The notes beneath the pieces were generated by a model. The model was not told the DNA's origin. It was given only the letters and a program-made list of their open reading frames with translations, and made no database searches. Positions 40,057 through 53,599 of a stretch of 64,000 nt of DNA are shown here, in pieces. The first letter of the stretch is position 1. Each line of letters opens with the position of its first letter. Both the position numbers and the translations under genes were made by a program. This DNA comes from Moniliella sp. 'wahieum' (lineage: Eukaryota). The stretch covers positions 62,001 through 126,000 of the forward strand of contig RSEE01000046.1 in the NCBI GenBank assembly GCA_003971905.1, written 5' to 3'.

Positions 40057-42188
40057 TTAAGCTGCGGCATGAACCGGGTCGGCGAAACGACATGGACCGA
40101 AGCAGCTTGCTGCTGCTCCAGTGCCATAGCCTCCAACGAACGCAACAGCTTGTCCGACCACAGCGGTTCCGCTGCCTCGTCCGACTCGGACCGGCGGAAA
40201 AGGTCTGCCAGAGGATCGGTTCCGTCCTGCGGGGCCTTGCGCAGCTCCTCCGAGCGGCGCAAACCCAGCTTGGTCCACACTTGGTCCAATGCCTGGACCA
40301 GATGGTGGACGTCAGCCGAAGTATGGCCCGGGGTGGGGTGGGTGAGGTGAGCGCAGACGTTCGTGACCCATGGGTACGGTGGGGAAGTTGATCGGCTGAA
40401 ACGTAGCATCCGTGCTCCTCGAGAAGCATATCGGATGCCGCCTTGGCCTTGGCCGCGTCGCCGACAAGAACAGGGACAATGTGCGACGGGTTGTGCTCAA
40501 GCGGGATGCCAGCTTGGCTCAGCAAACGAACCGTCTCGCGCGTACGGACTTGCTGCGCAATGCGCGATTCGTTGCTCTCCATCAGCACTTCCACTGCGTC
40601 CGCGCGCCCGTTACCACATGGGGAGGAAGCGTGGTGCTAAAGATGAACTGAGGTGCGTACGAACGAATCATGTCGATAAACCGGTTGGATCCGGCAACAT
40701 ACCCTCCCACGTTCCCGTACGCCTTTCCAAGTGTACCGGGATGATGTCAATCCGATCCATCAGCGTCGGCTTCTCACCCGGCTGAGCACCGCCGCGGGCT
40801 TGCACATCCCAGTCGAGATGCTCAGCAACGCCGGCACCACGAGGGCCGTACATCCCCACCGCGTGAACCTCGTCGAGGAAGGTCAATGCGCCATACTTCT
40901 CCGCTAGTTCAATGGTCTTTTCAATGTGCCCGACCGTGCCCGACATGGAATAGACCGACTCAAACGCAATCAGCTTGGGGGTGTCAATGGGAAGAGAGGC
41001 CAGTTTGGCTTCAAGATCGCCATGTCGTTGTGCTTGTAGATCAGCTTCTTGGAGCGGCTATGGCGGATGCCGTTGATCATGCTCGCATGGTTCATCTCGT
41101 CCGACAGAATCACACAATCCGGAAGTTTGGATCCTAGGAATCCCAAAGTCGCGTCGTTGGCAGCGTAACACGAGCCAAAGACCAACGCACCATCCTTGCG
41201 GTGCAATTGGGCCAACCGTTCCTCCAGATCCTCTACCGCACTATTGTGCCCGGCAATGTTACGAGTACCGCCGCCAGCGCCAGCACCATACTTGAGGAGC
41301 GAGTCCTGCATTGCCGCCAGCACGCGCGGGTGGCGGGACATGTTCTGGTAGTCATTCGAGCACCAAACCGTGATTTCATACTCTTCGTTTTGGAGATGAC
41401 CACGAGGCGCCCGACCGGCAAGGCGGTTGATATTGTTAAAGTACCGGTAGGACTTGTCGGTGTGCTTGGACAAGAGCTGGTTGTGATAAAACAGTTCATA
41501 GTCGAACCCAGGCGCTTGCTTCACTTCCGGGGCCGGGAGCGGTCCGAGTCCCGAGCCGGGAGTGCGCACCTGCTTCACCACCGCGCGACGGCGAGCCGCT
41601 TCCAGCTGCGCCTTGGCCTGCGCCGTCACCTCATCCACCGACTGACGCGGAACCTTGCCCTCGAGCGTCGCCTGTTCGACTGCCGCCGCAGCGGCCACGT
41701 GAGGGCACTTGGAAGCATCACCATGTCCGTTCGTAAGCACACCTTGAGTGGCATGGATCCGCGAGAGCTCGTCCGATTCCGAGTGTTGGCCCAGCGGCGC
41801 AGCTTGGCCGGTACGAGCCGAGGTAGACATGCCACGGCCTGACCAGCGCTGCGCGAAAGGGCAACCCGAGGCACGAGGGGAAGCAACCTTGTTGCTCTTG
41901 GCAAAGACAAGTGCGTTGAGGGAGCCACCGTACACCGCAGAACCAGCCGCAACACTCATTGCGATTTCCTCGTGGCCCGGGATGGAGGCAAGGTCGTACT
42001 GGCTCAGGTCAACCTGGTCGCGGATGGCGGCCGACATGACAGGGCAACGCTGGGCGCTGACCGCCAGACGGGTGGGGCCGCCAGCGATGAGGGAGGTGGG
42101 ACATGGCACGCAGCTGGGCCATGGGGGTGTGGCCAAGGAAGGGGCACGAAGTGCGCAGCGAGCGCAGGGCATTCATGCTGCGATCCAT
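40057..42188 (-). CDS. HEM1: Mitochondrial 5-aminolevulinate synthase; frameshifted; end approximate
   Basis: [111 protein letters not shown]. Confidence 0.96.
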
Positions 42189-43716
42189 GGTGACGAAGGA
42201 GGTGGTGGAGGGGGGCGGCGCCAAGGACCCAGCTGGTCAAGAAGAAGTAGGCTGGAGATGAGCCGGAGAAAAGTCAAAATTGAAATGTGCTTTGCAACTC
42301 CACGTAAGCCCTGCAAGGGGCTGCCATCCTGTGCAGGGTGTGTGCCCTCCTGTGCCCGCGCTCGCAGGCCGGGATGTCATCGATGCTCGAGCATCATGCA
42401 TCTGGAGCCACAAAGCAAGCGATCGCCGACGGGCTCGCAGGGGGGCAGTGAAAGACTGTATTAATTCGGACATAAGAGCATTTTGGTCAAGCCCTGTGCC
42501 TTGTCGGGTTGGCAGGGTATGGTGAACATGTGAGCAGAAGTGGAGGCAGGGCAGCGAGGCAGTGTGCGGCCCTCGGTCTGTAGCGGGGCACTGGGCCCCA
42601 GAGTGGCCACGCGCAAACGCAAGCCCCGTGTCCCAGGTACCGAGCAGCAGCCGACAGCAGTCCCTCCGATCTCAAACCCCAGGCCCTCGTGCCTCGGCCT
42701 CCAACCTCAAATTCTCAAACCAGGCGGTGCTGTCCAACGCCTGTTCGGTTTTCTGGTCGACATCCATCTTTGTGTTTCATCTCGGCGGGGTCAGCTCTGC
42801 TTTGCGCATTCCTTCGTCTTGCCCCTACCTTGTTCTCTCCCACACCCGCCCAAACGGAATCGATCAGATTGAAATTGAAAAAGACCGCCGATCCTTCGGT
42901 ACGACTCAAACGCATTCGCGGTACGCGTGGTAACGCCTAAGGTAAAGTTACCGGCTACCTGCTACCCATGTACCATGTTACCGGTTACCATGACCTCACC
43001 GGTCACCGGTCACCATGCATGGCCTGAGGCGCTCAGGCGCTCAGGCGCTCAGGTATGTCACAGATGATTGGATGTGGGCAATATCCCCTGCAATACCCAG
43101 TCGCGTGGCCGCTTTGCCACTGGGACTAAGTACTAAGTACCGACCTAGTAGCTAGTGACTGTCACTAGTTACAAAGTCACATGTCAGTGACTAGTGAGCG
43201 CGTGAGCTAGTGACTAGTGACTAGTGACTATTAGTGCCTAGAGACATCCAGGCATTTAAATTGCCAAGCCAAAGCGCGCGCAGCGCGCAGCGCCTATCCA
43301 GCTTCCAGGCGCAAAAGAATGAGCCAATTTCAATTCTCATCATTCTGAACCATGCGAATACGAGGTGGTTCTCTCTCTCCCTAATAATAAAGTGTTCAAG
43401 CAACGGACTCTATCACACAAAAGATATGACGCGATGACGCAGGGAGAAAGGTGTGCACAGCAAATAGATGGACGTAGGGGGGGGGGTAAGAAAGTAACAC
43501 GCCAGACAGCAGCAGTTGGATAAACGGGAGACAGTGTGAAATAAGCACGAGAAAGAGGAAGAGGTTCGAAGAATAAGGAGGGGAGAGGGAGAGAACAAAA
43601 GAACTAAAGTACAAGGGTAACGTAGTGTATATATGCGACCATCTCTTACCGTCTCGTACGGACAGAGGGAGAAGAGAAAGAAAGATGCGAACACGCCCCT
43701 CAAGCAAGGGACGGAG

Positions 43717-45399
43717 TCAAGCCCAACCGCAAGGAGCTTGCATCCATACAGTCTGGCCCCGAGAAAGGTTTCGCGAAAGAGTCGGTATCCAGGCCATCGA
43801 GTTGCATACCATGAAACAACAAAATTCGGAATCCTCTCCGTCAAAGGGCGAAAGATGACGGCTTGGGAAATCCAGACCGCCACCCAAGTCTTCGCCCATC
43901 CCGATAGTGCAGACACTCTGTTCCGTGCTCGAGTCGGACTGGACCGGACTAGGCGCGCCAGTCTCCCCCAGGCTGTCTCTTGGTAGGCGAGAGTCGCCGT
44001 CATAGCCTAGAAACGATGGCGTGTTGCGACGGCCAACAAGCTGGAAGAAAGAGATGCAATGGATCCCGTTTCAGCCTTGGCCATTTCCTGATGTTCTTCC
44101 AGATCAGATCCCGTCCAGCCAAGGATAACATCACTGGCTGCTCGCATGGGGCTCGGCTTGGTCATATGGGGAGAACAGACACTGGAAGGAAGATCATGTT
44201 AGCCTCCCGATATCAACTAGTGAGAAGCGAAATGATACGTACCCGCTGGACTTAGACTTGGCGAATCAGAGGATGACGGCGATGCGAGCGATGACAAGCA
44301 AGAGGGTGACGAAAAGGCATCTTGAACTGGATTTTTCGTCGTAGCCATCTGGTGGAGCTGCAGGGGAGAGGATGTAGGGGCAGCCTGGCCAAAGTGCAGG
44401 CCCAAAGCAGTAGGCGGAGAGGTCGTTAGATTCGCCATATCAAGCATAGGTGAAGTATGGAGGGGAAAGGGCAGCAGCTTGGCATCGTAATTCAGCAAGA
44501 ACGAGTTCGAGTTCTGCATTCCCATCATAAAGGGGGGGAAACCGCTCGGTGGGCTGGCTAATGTTGGATTCAGATCAGTCAGGACTGAATTGGGACTGCC
44601 ACACAAGTGTGATGCCCGACTGGAAGGAAGGGACTGCGTCTCTTCTCGGCGGTTCTTACGATTGGGACGATGCGATCCCCCCGAATCAGCAGCTTGACTG
44701 TTGCATTTGAGCGCGAGTTGGCATGCGGAGCGCCTGGCTGGCATCGCACCACGGCCTTCTTTCCCATACGCCATTCAGAAAGAGCTTCGGGTGCTAAGGT
44801 CCACCAGGCTCCCTTACCCGGTACATCAGAAGGGCGTGGAACCTTCAAGAAGATGTTTGTTTTAATTGACAAGGTTGACTTGATGCGATTCTTGACTTTG
44901 CCCTACAAGAGAAAAGATGCTCTAGTCAGTCAATGGATTCCCGTACGGAGATGTGGCAGACCAGCGGTACGTACCTCCCAATCCTTGCCAACGGCCCATT
45001 CGCGAATCTCGGGGAAGATTTGGCACATAAAAAGAAACAGATCCTGTACTACCATGTGCGGGTCGGCCTGCTGAGCCAACGCTTGGCAAATCATGTCACA
45101 CCAATTGAGTCGGCTGCCCACCAAGAGGCCCTGGGACTGGGCAGTGGGAGGCCTCATGGCCTTGAGCTTGTCGACAGCCGAACCCTGTGGCATGGAGGCG
45201 GTCGATGAGGCCGAGGCGCAGTGAGAAGGAGTGATGGAGGGTGGCCTGGCAACGTTCATTGGCCCCTGGGGATTCGGTGCTGCACACACGTTGGCAGCCG
45301 GGCGGACGTAGGGACGATAGCGGCGGCACCGACCAAGTTGAGGGGCACAGGATATGGTGGGCAAGGGGAGCGAGGAGGCAGACGGGTAGGGACCGACAT
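43717..45399 (-). CDS. Forkhead/winged-helix transcription factor (divergent); introns 44903-44974 and ~44180-44241; ends approximate
   Basis: LNWCDMICQAL...VVQDLFLFMCQIFPEI...KDWE|GKVKNRIKSTLSIKTNIFLKVPRPSDVPGKGAWWTL follows forkhead H1-H3 and the F.KV.R...GKG..W wing. Confidence 0.82.
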
Positions 45400-46771
45400 G
45401 GGGACAGGGAGCGGTGGTGGGGGCGGGGGAGGAGTAGAGAATAAACGAGATAGGAAGGATGCTAGCTGGATGCACTGCTGTCTGCTGCTGCCTGGCTAGT
45501 GCAGGGCTGGGCTGTCTGGGCTGTGGCCATCGATCATCGACCGTCAACCATCAGCATCATCGCCAGCAGAATGCAGAGCCAAACCAACCGAGACAAGCGG
45601 AGTGCCACTGGCGAGCTGCCGGGGGCAACAGTGGGCGCCAGTAGATCGCAGCAGGCGTCCTCTGCCCCAGTGCGCGCATGCGCCTGAAACAAATCCATTT
45701 ATTATCGACTATCGATGCAGCATCGCATGACATCATGCATCATGCCGTTCTATCTACATCTAGCAGCGTCCGTGCGCTGCCCCCCCGCCGTCCAGCCGCC
45801 GTATCTAGCTATCACATGTCACATGTCACATGTCACATCTGAGATCTGAACCGTTCTCCAGCGCACGTCCCCGTTTCTGCCATCGGCCGCAGGAGGGGCG
45901 TGCGCTTTTGCAAGTTGCTGCGTCGGCCCACAGCGAGTAGGAGCCATGCAGAGTTTGGAAGCTGGGCACTGGGGGCGGGATGCTGGGCGCTGGGTGCTTG
46001 AAGCTGGACTGATATCTTCTTCAAAGCTTCAAGCTTCAAGCTTCATTAATCATTGCTTCATCGTTCAGTACGTTCATCGACATCGATCATCGCACAATAA
46101 GCCCATTGCTGTTGCGCGCTCAGCGCGCTCACATTCACAGTATTCCATGCGCTCAATATTCAATCTCAATCGGGCGGTGCGCGTGTGTCTAAGACCCGGA
46201 CCAGAATGGAGGGTGTAGCGCGGGGAGATGGAGGCATTGTTTCCGCTCGCAACCGACGGAAGTATTCACCAACGCTGCTATCATAGAGGGAAGACCGGGA
46301 CTGACTCAGTACTCCGACTCGGTACTGACTTACTGACGTACTGATTTGCTGTGATAATATGCAGCACGTGACACGTAAGTACTGAGAAGAGTACTGATGC
46401 ACCGATGCTTGGTGCGGCTATTTTGTCCTGTACACTGTGTGGCCTACTGTGGCAGACAGTGTTTGACCCGGTTGTTATACGAATGTCCCGCTTGTCCCTT
46501 GCGTGTGAGCCTTTGTCACACGTCACGCGTCACGCCGTGGCTTCACTTTTTCTGAGAAAACGCAGGCATGGCCGGGATGCCCGCCAGTGATCGGGTGAGA
46601 GGCGGAAACCTTTGCGGCAACGCAGTACGAGCGGATAAAGCAAGGAGTGAAGAGTTCCTTTGCTGTATGGGAGAGCTCGCTGCTCGCGGCCCACCGCCGG
46701 TGATGAGAAGCATGAAGCACATCCAACATGGGTATCTTCACAAGCGCTAATTAACGTTTAACTCTCAATAT

Positions 46772-47250
46772 TTAGACAGACGGATGATCGATGATCGGAG
46801 TCGGAGTCACCTCTGCCATGCTGTCGACGCCTTTAGCATCGTATAATTTGGTGGGCGAGACGTGCCAAAAAGCCAGGACCCTCCGAGGCACCGCCCATCG
46901 ATCACACCTCTCTCGGTAGTCCCCAGTATGAACCTTTGGATGTGGTTGTAATAAACGGCTCAGATTGTCCCAGTCAACGGGGGGGACTTGCCAATGAATG
47001 CGGTGATCGAGAGGTGATGCCGATGGGTCCTGCCAATCCCCCATAGACATTGCCAAGTGAGTAAATGCTGAAAGCATAGAAGTTGAAGAATGTACTAGGA
47101 GAATCCGAAAGGACGACTATAGTGGACCTCAGGCTCGCTGTTACTAGGTATACTGACGACACGTCCCGCAACTACATATGTGACCTCCATGATGCCCTCA
47201 CGGTATACGCAATCAACATCTTCCCCGCCTAGACTACAGGAGCTACTCAT
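46772..47250 (-). CDS. Possible small hypothetical gene
   Basis: TATA-like CTATATAAT near 47550 and a pyrimidine-rich leader; ORF fragments MSSSCSLGG.., FFNFYAFSIYSLGNVYGG. Confidence 0.2.
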
Positions 47251-47697
47251 ATTAGACACAAGAGAGCAACCAAAAAAGATGACATTAACACTGCGAAGAG
47301 AAAGGAAGTGTGTCGACAAAAACGTACGTCAAACTGATTATTAGGTGAACAGACAGAGAAGATATGGGACAATAGGGAAGAGAAGGAGAACCTAGGTTGC
47401 CGTCGGTCACATTCTGCCACCATCAGCGACAGGCACCAGAAACTGTGCAGCAAACCTGCACGACCTCTGTGGTTTTAAGACTTCGGCCAGGAAGGAGGGG
47501 TAGGGATGGTAGAGAGATTGCCATCGTTGTAGAGGGAGTGTGCGAACGATTATATAGCCCCCGACGGGTGGGAGAGAGGAGATATGCTCGGTGCTAACGA
47601 CCCGATGCCCGCAACCCACCAAGGTCGTACTCGTATTGTAGGCGGCAGGACTTCAGCCACACATCCTCGTCTGAACTAGCCACCGCGCGATTGTGCA

Positions 47698-50403
47698 TCA
47701 GAAAACGCCACGGCGCGATGAACGAGGTGTGTACTCCCCTCCGCGGGGGGCTTTAGGTACGGACGGATAGGCGTTCAGTGCACTGTCAGGCGCCGCAACT
47801 TGGTACAGTCCAGCCCCCACAATGGAGCTTGTAGCGGAGCGTGGCGAAGAAGGATACCTGACTGTTTCGTACGTGTATCCGGACCCGTTTTTGCCTACCG
47901 TATTCATAGAGCGACGAGCGGGTTGCTACTACTCTTCTTGGCACGAGTCACTTTCTTGACCCTCTTTGGCGATTCCTCAGCGCCTTTCAAGGTCCTCAGC
48001 TGGGGAGAGGCGGGCACAGAGGAAGCGGCGACGGTTGACTGTTCATCCGGAGAGAAAACCCAGTTGTCAGCCGAGTAGCCCGAGGCCACTGGGCCTTGGT
48101 TGGGTCAAAGGGAAAATCCAGTCCCAAACTCGAGGCTGCGACTGGGTAGTTGGCCTGGGCCGAGGTCCAGTTGGGCTTCTTGGTGACTGGATCCGTGTTG
48201 CCCCATGCCGCATTGCGTGTGGTGGGAGTGACTTGTCTCAAATTGGTACCGCCACGATCGTCGACCGTTGGCGATTTCGACCAATTCGTGCCTGCACCCA
48301 AGGGGGTTTGAGGACCCACTGAAGCAGGACTACTGGCTTCTGGCTCCAAAGCCCTCTGGCCCTTGCGAGGCGTTTGCTGCGACACCGATATCTCTCTGGC
48401 TCAAGAGGAGGAGGGAAGGAGAGACTGCCGGGGTCGAACGAGTTGGCTTTGACGACTTGGACCCTAAGTCACGGAGGTTCTTGTTGGTCCGTGTCTTCCA
48501 CGTAGAGTGCATCGGATTGCGAGACAACTCATCCCAGAAGATTCTTCCTCCTCCACAGGTAAGACCGAGTTGCCAACTTTGTTGGACGAACGCTTCTTCT
48601 GTGGGGTAGAGTGACGTTTTCCGGATTGAGAGGAGGGCTGCGATGGAGGAGTCCCCCTTGGCTCTCTCGGTCAGGGATGTCTTCGTGGTTTGCCTCGGCC
48701 GCAGCCACAGCAATGTCCGTTTTTAAAACTGTGTTCAAGCGAGAGAAAAAGTTACGCTCATTGTGATCATGGTGTTTGCTGCTCATGTCCTTCTTGCTGT
48801 TGCGCTTCAAGGAAAGATGGCGCGAGAGCTTAGGTGAGGAAGGAACAGAGCTGCTATTGTCATCTTCCCCATGATGGCCGAAGGAGGCTGGAAAGCTGTC
48901 AGGCTGACCTGCAGCTCCCATAGCATCGCCATTGGGACCGAGGTAAATGCACCGTTAGGCTCAGATCGGTGCTTCCGGTGGTGAACCACACGACGGATAG
49001 TGCGCTTTTTGACCAAGTGGAGCTCCGGGGTGAGGGACACGTGAGAAGGAGGCGAATCTTGCGTTAAGGTAGTGCGTTGCCGTACGCCCGCCACATACGG
49101 TCCCTCACGCTGCACCGCATTGTTGTCCTGGTCTGACGAAGAGTACGCCCGCTCGAGTTCCTCAGGTTCGATCTCCCCAGTAGGGTCAGGAATACCTCCG
49201 AGGTCTGAGGCAGTTCTTGTGCAGGGTCCGGGCTTTCCACCTCACCCGCAACGTCCCCAAGGGCTGTCCCTCAGCACCGCTGGGAGGAATGACGACAGCC
49301 CCCACTTCGGCGGTATGGTAGGGCGAAGGGCCCCAAGCAGCTCAGAGTTGTACGGCTGAATCGGCACCCTCTCCTCGGGCGTCGAGCCCGTTGCGCTCAC
49401 ATCAACGTCCGACTCAGCCCGTGGTGTCTCGGATGTTGCGAAGCAGGGACAAAGACCGGTGAGTGGACTTGACGCTCATCGTCGCGTTCGAGTACGGGTT
49501 CAACGGCAGCGTTCCCAGCTCCCGCGGGTAGGGCAGGGGATCGACACTCTGGTAGCTGGGCTCCGGCTCGTACAAGCTCACTGCCGGGAGATGTGTAGAA
49601 GCGCCAGGAGTAATGTACTGAGGCGGGACACCGCTCATGTAGAATGCTCCAGGCTGTGGACTGTCATTGCTCCTACGAGGAGCGGCGTACTCGGGGACAG
49701 TCTGGGAGTTCACTTGGGGTTGCGAAACTGCAGATTGATGCGCTGGGAGACAGGGAATGAGATGTGAGCGTTCCTCTCGAAAAATAAAATAAAGAAGGGG
49801 GACTAGGGTGCCTGGGTGGGTAGTAGATACCAGCCAAACTGTCGAACCGTTGCAGTCCATCCGTAGCAGCCTGTTGGAGTTGCGCGCCATACCGTTGCAG
49901 GGCGAAAAGACGAGCGCGCGTATGTTCGCTCAAGTTTGAGTACGGGTCTGGGACAGGGCGTTTTGCTCGGATGCAAGGACGGTCTCACAGGCAGCGAGCT
50001 CTTGCTGTGTGTCGGTGAGTACCTGAGGTGCTTATCCTCCTGGCCAGCCTTGGGCTTCTTTTTGGTCAGGCGCACAAGACGGGAGACAAGGATGCCACGG
50101 TCACGGGAAACTTCGGCGACGGCGCCCTCGCGGCAGCAGGGCTTGGAGTCCAGCGCTGAAGTTAGTGACGGAGACAGTGTAGCCTTCCAAGGCCGTGTTG
50201 GCAGCAGTAAGGGCGTCGGCAAGGATAGCAGTCTGTTGTGTTGAGTTTGGGCCGTCGGGGGTGGCCCACGCCGACGTGACAAGGCTGCTGGACTCGGAGG
50301 CGGTACGGACGTAACCAAGAGCGCTGGCGAGCTTCTCCTGTGAAGCAATGAGGTTGTCGAGCAGCTTGGTGTCAGCATGCTTGTTCTTGCCCGAGCCCAG
50401 CAT
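47698..50403 (-). CDS. Hypothetical protein with N-terminal Pil1/Lsp1-like (BAR-type) helical domain and long Ser/Pro-rich tail; probable intron ~49743-49830; frameshifts
   Basis: HADTKLLDNLIASQEK...SAWA...LADALTAANTALEGY...VAEVSRDRGILVSRLVR resembles a basidiomycete family with an R.REILV.RL motif; tail ends SSRRGVF*. Confidence 0.6.
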
Positions 50404-52109
50404 GATGATGAGGACTACGAGGTAATAGACAAGTGGACAGGTGGTGGAGTAGGAGAAAGAAAAGGGATTTTGGCGGGCGGGCGAGGGAGGAGGAGGATGC
50501 CTTTCACTCGAAGGGGGTGCGCAATGACGACAGAGGGGCACACGGCAGTGGCCTGCTGGGGAGAACGTGCTGAGCAGGCCTCGTTCGGGGTTGTTCCGAG
50601 GGGGCTCCCGCGGGGGGCATCTCCCCGTGGCTGTGTGGGTACTCAGACTCTTCAGCAGCTAGTGACTAGTGACTGCGAAAGTGCGTATATCGCAGTAGGA
50701 CTGGAGGAGTGTCGAAGATGGCGGATGTGGTCTGTGCCATGCACTGTGGCCATTGTATGATAGCTGAGGCTGCTCAGGCTGCGCACTATGACATCATCGA
50801 AATCGAGATCTCTTCAAGATTCGGATCTGGGGCCCTCTGGGATCTGGCATCTCTGACGCGTGACGCGTGACGGTTATATTAGCCCGTAAAAATTAAGCTC
50901 CTGCCTGCGTCTTAGGCCTTACTGCCCTTTTGCTCTCAAAGCGCTTCTCCTCGTTCAATTCCAGTACGAATCCCAGCCAGCTATACCACGGCCCATGGAG
51001 CCCATGGTTCCAACGCCTATACTGGCGGCGGCAGAAATGTACAGCATCAGTACCATCACAGTCCTCCTACACTGCAAATACACTCTCTAGGTATTACACT
51101 GGGTGTACCGTCCAGGATCCGTCATTTTATCGACACAACGTCATTTCTGAATTTCTGAATCAGCCACAGTCAACGCTGTGCGCGTACTTCGCATTCGTCT
51201 CGGCCGTCTTGGCCACATGGTCAGGTCGATTGCAACGTGACGAATCTCAACAGTAGAGGTTTTTTGGGCGAAGAATAATAGAGAGAGAGAAAACTCGTTA
51301 GGGCTGTGGAAAGATAACGTATACGAGCCTGTACCAATGCATGACGGAGCCAAGAGCGTTTGCTGGAATCAGCGCAGGCCTTTCAGTACATCGGAGGCTC
51401 GCCAGGAGCCCTACAGCCCCCTCTGATGAGGGAAGGTCGAAGATGGACGTGCTGTGAACCAACACTGAAGGGACGAGAGGAACGAGAGAGAGAGGCCCAG
51501 GGGATATGTTCCAGAAGGTGTTACACCTACAATAACAGACGTACTCTCTCAGACACAAAAGACGGTTGGCGGGGGCTGTGGGTTAGCAACCCCCCCCCCG
51601 GATGTCTGCCGCGCTCATTAATCATTCGCATCCACGCACTATCTCCTCTTGGAAGCGAATAGCGGGCGGTACAGGTCCTGACCTACTGGTGGCTTCCCTA
51701 GTATCTCAAAAGCAGGTTTTGGCGCCAACAACCAGCACACGCTGGACGAGGAGATCGCCTTATGAGGCGCAGCGTTTCTTTATTGCCCCAGCCTTAAAAA
51801 GCTCTGTAAATATGGCTGCAACATAGGGATGCGCATCACATCACACTTGCCCCATTGGCACCCGGTGATCGAAATGTGATGTGAATTTCAAGGGTGATGC
51901 ATGATGCATGATGCATGATGCAGATGGATGAAAGATGGAGCAACCACGCGGTACCTGCTGTAGTCGTTTCAAGTTGCAACACTGACGAATGAATGTTGCT
52001 TTCAAATCGCTTCCCAGTGCAGTATTCCGCTCCAGAGCGGAGTTGGTGGGAAGGTGGCCATGACCTTCTTGGCTGGGCAACCTCCGCCTGAGCTTGAGCT
52101 TGACCAACC

Positions 52110-53196
52110 ATGGCGCCCAGGACAGCGAGCATGCTGGCCCGCCTTACCCCCGCCATGGTGGGAAGCACCCGCCACGCCGGTGCTTCTCATCTTCTTGTAC
52201 CCTCCCTGCTTGGGCGGCGCACGTACCTCAAACCTTCCTTTGACACGGACGAGACGTTCCTCGGCTTGAAGCGCGGCCTTGAGGACAAGACCAATGTTAA
52301 CGTGCCTGCCCCTCCTCAGCAGCCTGCGCCTCCTTCTCAACCTCCAGCACCTTTTCCTCACGGACCCGGTCGTATTGGTGGTAAAAAGCTCCGTGTGCCG
52401 TACCACGACCTTACGGGCCAGCCGCTTCCCCAAAGTGTTATGATCTCAGCTTCCCAGCCAGGGTTCCTTAAACTGGACGAACTACGCCGTCCCGACCTGC
52501 TCGTTCCGGAGGGTATGCCAGAGCCTGGTGAAGACCCAGCCGATGTGGCAGAGAAGGAAGAGGCGGCCGGCGCGGACCTCAAGGGTCTGGAGATGCCGCC
52601 TCTGACGGGTGGGCCGGTGCCCAAGGCGTTCACGGTGGCGCCTACGCTTCCCAAGACCCATGGGTATCTGGTGGGGACGCTACTGTATGAGTGCTACCGT
52701 ACCGAGCCTCAGTGGACACAGAGCATGAACATGTTTGCCAACTTTGCCCGGTGGACCGCGTATGCTTTGCGTATCCCCACGTCCAATGTGGTTCGTCTCC
52801 CAGAAAAAATCGAGACGTGGACTACGCCCAAGTCGCCCTTCGTTCACAAGAAGCGCCAGCAGGTGTTCTGGCGTCGGACAAAGCGTGCTGAGATCCATCT
52901 CTATGATGCGAACCCCGAAGTGGTAGAACGCTTTTTCTACTTTATGCGATACTGGCACCAAATGCCCGAAATTACCCAAAAGGCCACAACGTACCGGTAT
53001 GTTTTGTTGGCCTCCACATATCTACCATTAACATGGACTGACTCTTTCTTTGTTTTGGCTCAGGATCGAATCGCCAGGGTACGGTACTCGGATGCTGCAG
53101 AAGGTGGAGGAGGAGGATTTGCCTCAGTTGTTGCGCGAAACGCGCGAATTTGCTCCGTCTGCCCAGTTGAATCAGTTGGAGCAGAGCTCCGAGTGA
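52110..53196 (+). CDS. RSM10: Mitochondrial ribosomal protein uS10m; intron 52997-53063
   Basis: Arg-rich presequence; VRLPEKIETWTTPKSPFVHKKRQQVFWRRT..IHLYDANPEVV; the spliced last exon reads in frame to TGA 53196. Confidence 0.9.
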
Positions 53197-53599
53197 TGAC
53201 CTTGTCCATGGGCACATGCATAACATGAATTCGACGGATATCTGCGTTGTATGTGTAGATAATTGCCATCGCTATTAACCTGTGTCTTCCGCGTGACCGC
53301 GCCACAGCTGGTTGAAGCAGGAGGACGATACTGATGGGCATGCGCCATCCTCACTCTCCTGTGGGAGTAGCGCGCAGATGCATGATGCATGATCATCGAT
53401 GCTAATCATCGATCGGCGTGCGATGGCAGGACGAGGTCACCAGTACAGACAGCCGTGCAGGCCCCCAGGAATGAGCATCTTGGATGAAATGTTCATGTGT
53501 TACGTACTCCCATCGTGCGCGTGGAGCGCCAAGGTCTACCCTTTGGTTCGGGCAGATGGGGAAGGTGTCCACGCTACCATCCCCATCACTACCTTTACC

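Noticed and set aside
49160..49185. GGTTCGATCT T-loop-like motif (tRNA)
   Set aside because: Inside a coding region; no cloverleaf stems.
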